DNA of 63,753 bases, the filler included, from Octopus bimaculoides (taxonomy: Eukaryota), in the NCBI RefSeq assembly GCF_001194135.2. It is 5 parts of 4 records of this genome, joined end to end, with 100 filler letters (N's around TTAATTAATTAA, not from the genome) between each part and the next. Parts side by side here need not be neighbours in the genome. Positions count along the whole stretch, not along the records: positions 60,885 to 62,224 come from NW_026298283.1; positions 62,325 to 63,753 come from NW_026389815.1; 3 more parts are not named here. One strand, given 5' to 3'. The position numbers and the translations under genes were made by a program. Of this stretch, positions 62,128-63,753 are shown one piece after another. Each line of letters starts with the position of its first letter. The stretch's first letter is position 1. Below the pieces are notes generated by a model that saw only the letters and a program-made list of their open reading frames with translations, had not been told where the DNA came from and did not search any database.

Positions 62128-63753
62128 TTATGTATATATAGTTATGTATATATATTTATTTATATATTTATATTTATATATAGCTAAAACCAAAATCCTA
62201 ATAAGTAGGAAGGTAGATAAAACANNNNNNNNNNNNNNNNNNNNNNNNNNNNNNNNNNNNNNNNNNNNTTAATTAATTAANNNNNNNNNNNNNNNNNNNN
62301 NNNNNNNNNNNNNNNNNNNNNNNNTTATGTAGCATTTAAATGGACTGACAGATACATTCTACTATGCACAAAAACTAGGATATCGATAAAAAAATTATAG
62401 CGTACTTACTTCTATGAAGAATTTAAAGATTTGCGCAAATAAAAGTAAAAATATGCGGTGGTCTTTTTTTTGTTTACAGGGCCATGTAATAGGATAGAAT
62501 GGGAAAGGATAATTGTTAACAGAGTCAATATATTTATCAAATTACGAAGTATTGTAGGTTCATTTCAACTGATCTTACCAATCGATTTTGTACTAAGTAT
62601 TAAGACCGGATGATAGATAACAACGCGGTAAAATATTACCTCGCATTCACAAGAGAAGGCAAGTAGGAAAAAAAAAGAGGTAAATCTCAGAGAGCGGCAA
62701 GGCTTATTTAAATTTCAGCAGAAAGCGCGAAAAACACCGGAACCTTTACCTAAAGAGTAGAAATGAGATTTTAAGCTTTTTTTTCCCATTTAAGACAAAG
62801 CATAACAAACTTGAACTTATTTTCCATGATTATACTGAGAACAGCACAATGTAGCAGTCTCTCGTTTTATATGGCAATCGTTTTTCACAGATTCATTTTA
62901 GTAGAGGCTTGGTTTTAGTCGGTTTATAAATTTTATTCTACGTATACAGAAACGACATTTTGTCTTGTAAATTTTGCTATTTAATTTTTTCTCCCATATT
63001 AATTTCACTTCATTTTACCAATAATGAGATAATGAGAACGTTTATTTTCAATGAAAATTGTAAGTACTGTGAACATTTGCATAGAGCAGGATATAGCTAC
63101 TTACGTGTTTGAAATCCTAGCACTGAAAAACAAAAGAAAAAATGTAGAATTAATGAAACTTCTTAAGAGATCGGTATAAATAAGACTAGACTTCGTACTG
63201 ATATATTAATTGACTAAAAGCTTAGAAAGTGGTGCTCTTGCGTGGCAAATGATTTGATTTGAAACTTTATGCTGAAAGTTATGCAATTAGAAACACTTAA
63301 AAAACTTCAGTGCATAATTTGTTATATGGCATTAAAGCTATGTCATATGTCCATATATGACAGAAACCAGTAAATGCATAAAAAATTAATTGCATATCAG
63401 AATAGTACTTGTTTCGCAAATTATTTGAATGGAGACTTTACGTTGAAACTACTGCTACGTAGAAGATACATATTATCCACTTAAAGACTTATTATTTAGT
63501 GTCAAAATTTTCGTCATGTTATCTATTTTTGAGTGTCTAATATGTGATTTTCAAATTGTAATTACAATGACAGAATATGTTAGTACACACATACGACTTA
63601 AATATAATATGATATTTACTTTGTATTATATTATACTTATTTATTGTGCTTTTAATTATAAATTGTTTCTATATATGACAGCGGATTTTCATCGATGAGT
63701 TCATAAATCTTGGTTCTTTTCCCTAATACTATATATTTATATATATTTTATAC

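Noticed and set aside
2327-62272. Dozens of long ORFs in the track made of X runs, YI/HT/CV repeats, poly-I, poly-S or poly-F
   Set aside because: They are translations of N gaps and di- or trinucleotide microsatellites, not genes.
62640-62760. Slightly GC-richer patch with CCGGAA as the INPP4 promoter or first exon
   Set aside because: No open frame or TSS evidence; it lies beyond artificial joins, and about a third of the protein is still unaccounted for.

Overview
Eukaryotic (animal) genomic DNA: AT-rich, full of microsatellites, SINEs, LINEs and assembly gaps. The repeat landscape suggests a coleoid cephalopod, probably Octopus (inferred from repeat style, not verified). The only clear protein-coding gene is an inositol polyphosphate 4-phosphatase (INPP4A/B family) on the minus strand. 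I assembled 13 exons by hand (51280 down to the stop at 34718; 1706 nt, one open frame, about 567 aa). All are bounded by GT-AG except one proposed GC donor. They include the catalytic CX5R motif CKSGKDRT and the conserved C-terminus. The N-terminal C2-containing part was not found, and one internal exon probably lies in a gap. The rest is repeats: a CR1/L2-like LINE, Penelope-like elements, R4/Dong-like RLE retrotransposons in (TAA)n tracts, mariner-derived fold-back elements, MITEs, a Helentron-like element, several SINE families and tandem arrays. Best leads: (1) an in-frame candidate alternative terminal exon in the last INPP4 intron, carrying a PLDLS (CtBP-binding) motif and KRKK, with a single in-frame TGA near its start; (2) a near-perfect 180-nt intronic fold-back; (3) a 71-nt pre-miRNA-like hairpin; (4) a splice acceptor built on a retrotransposon-targeted microsatellite. 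I found no prokaryotic-type system (CRISPR, operon).
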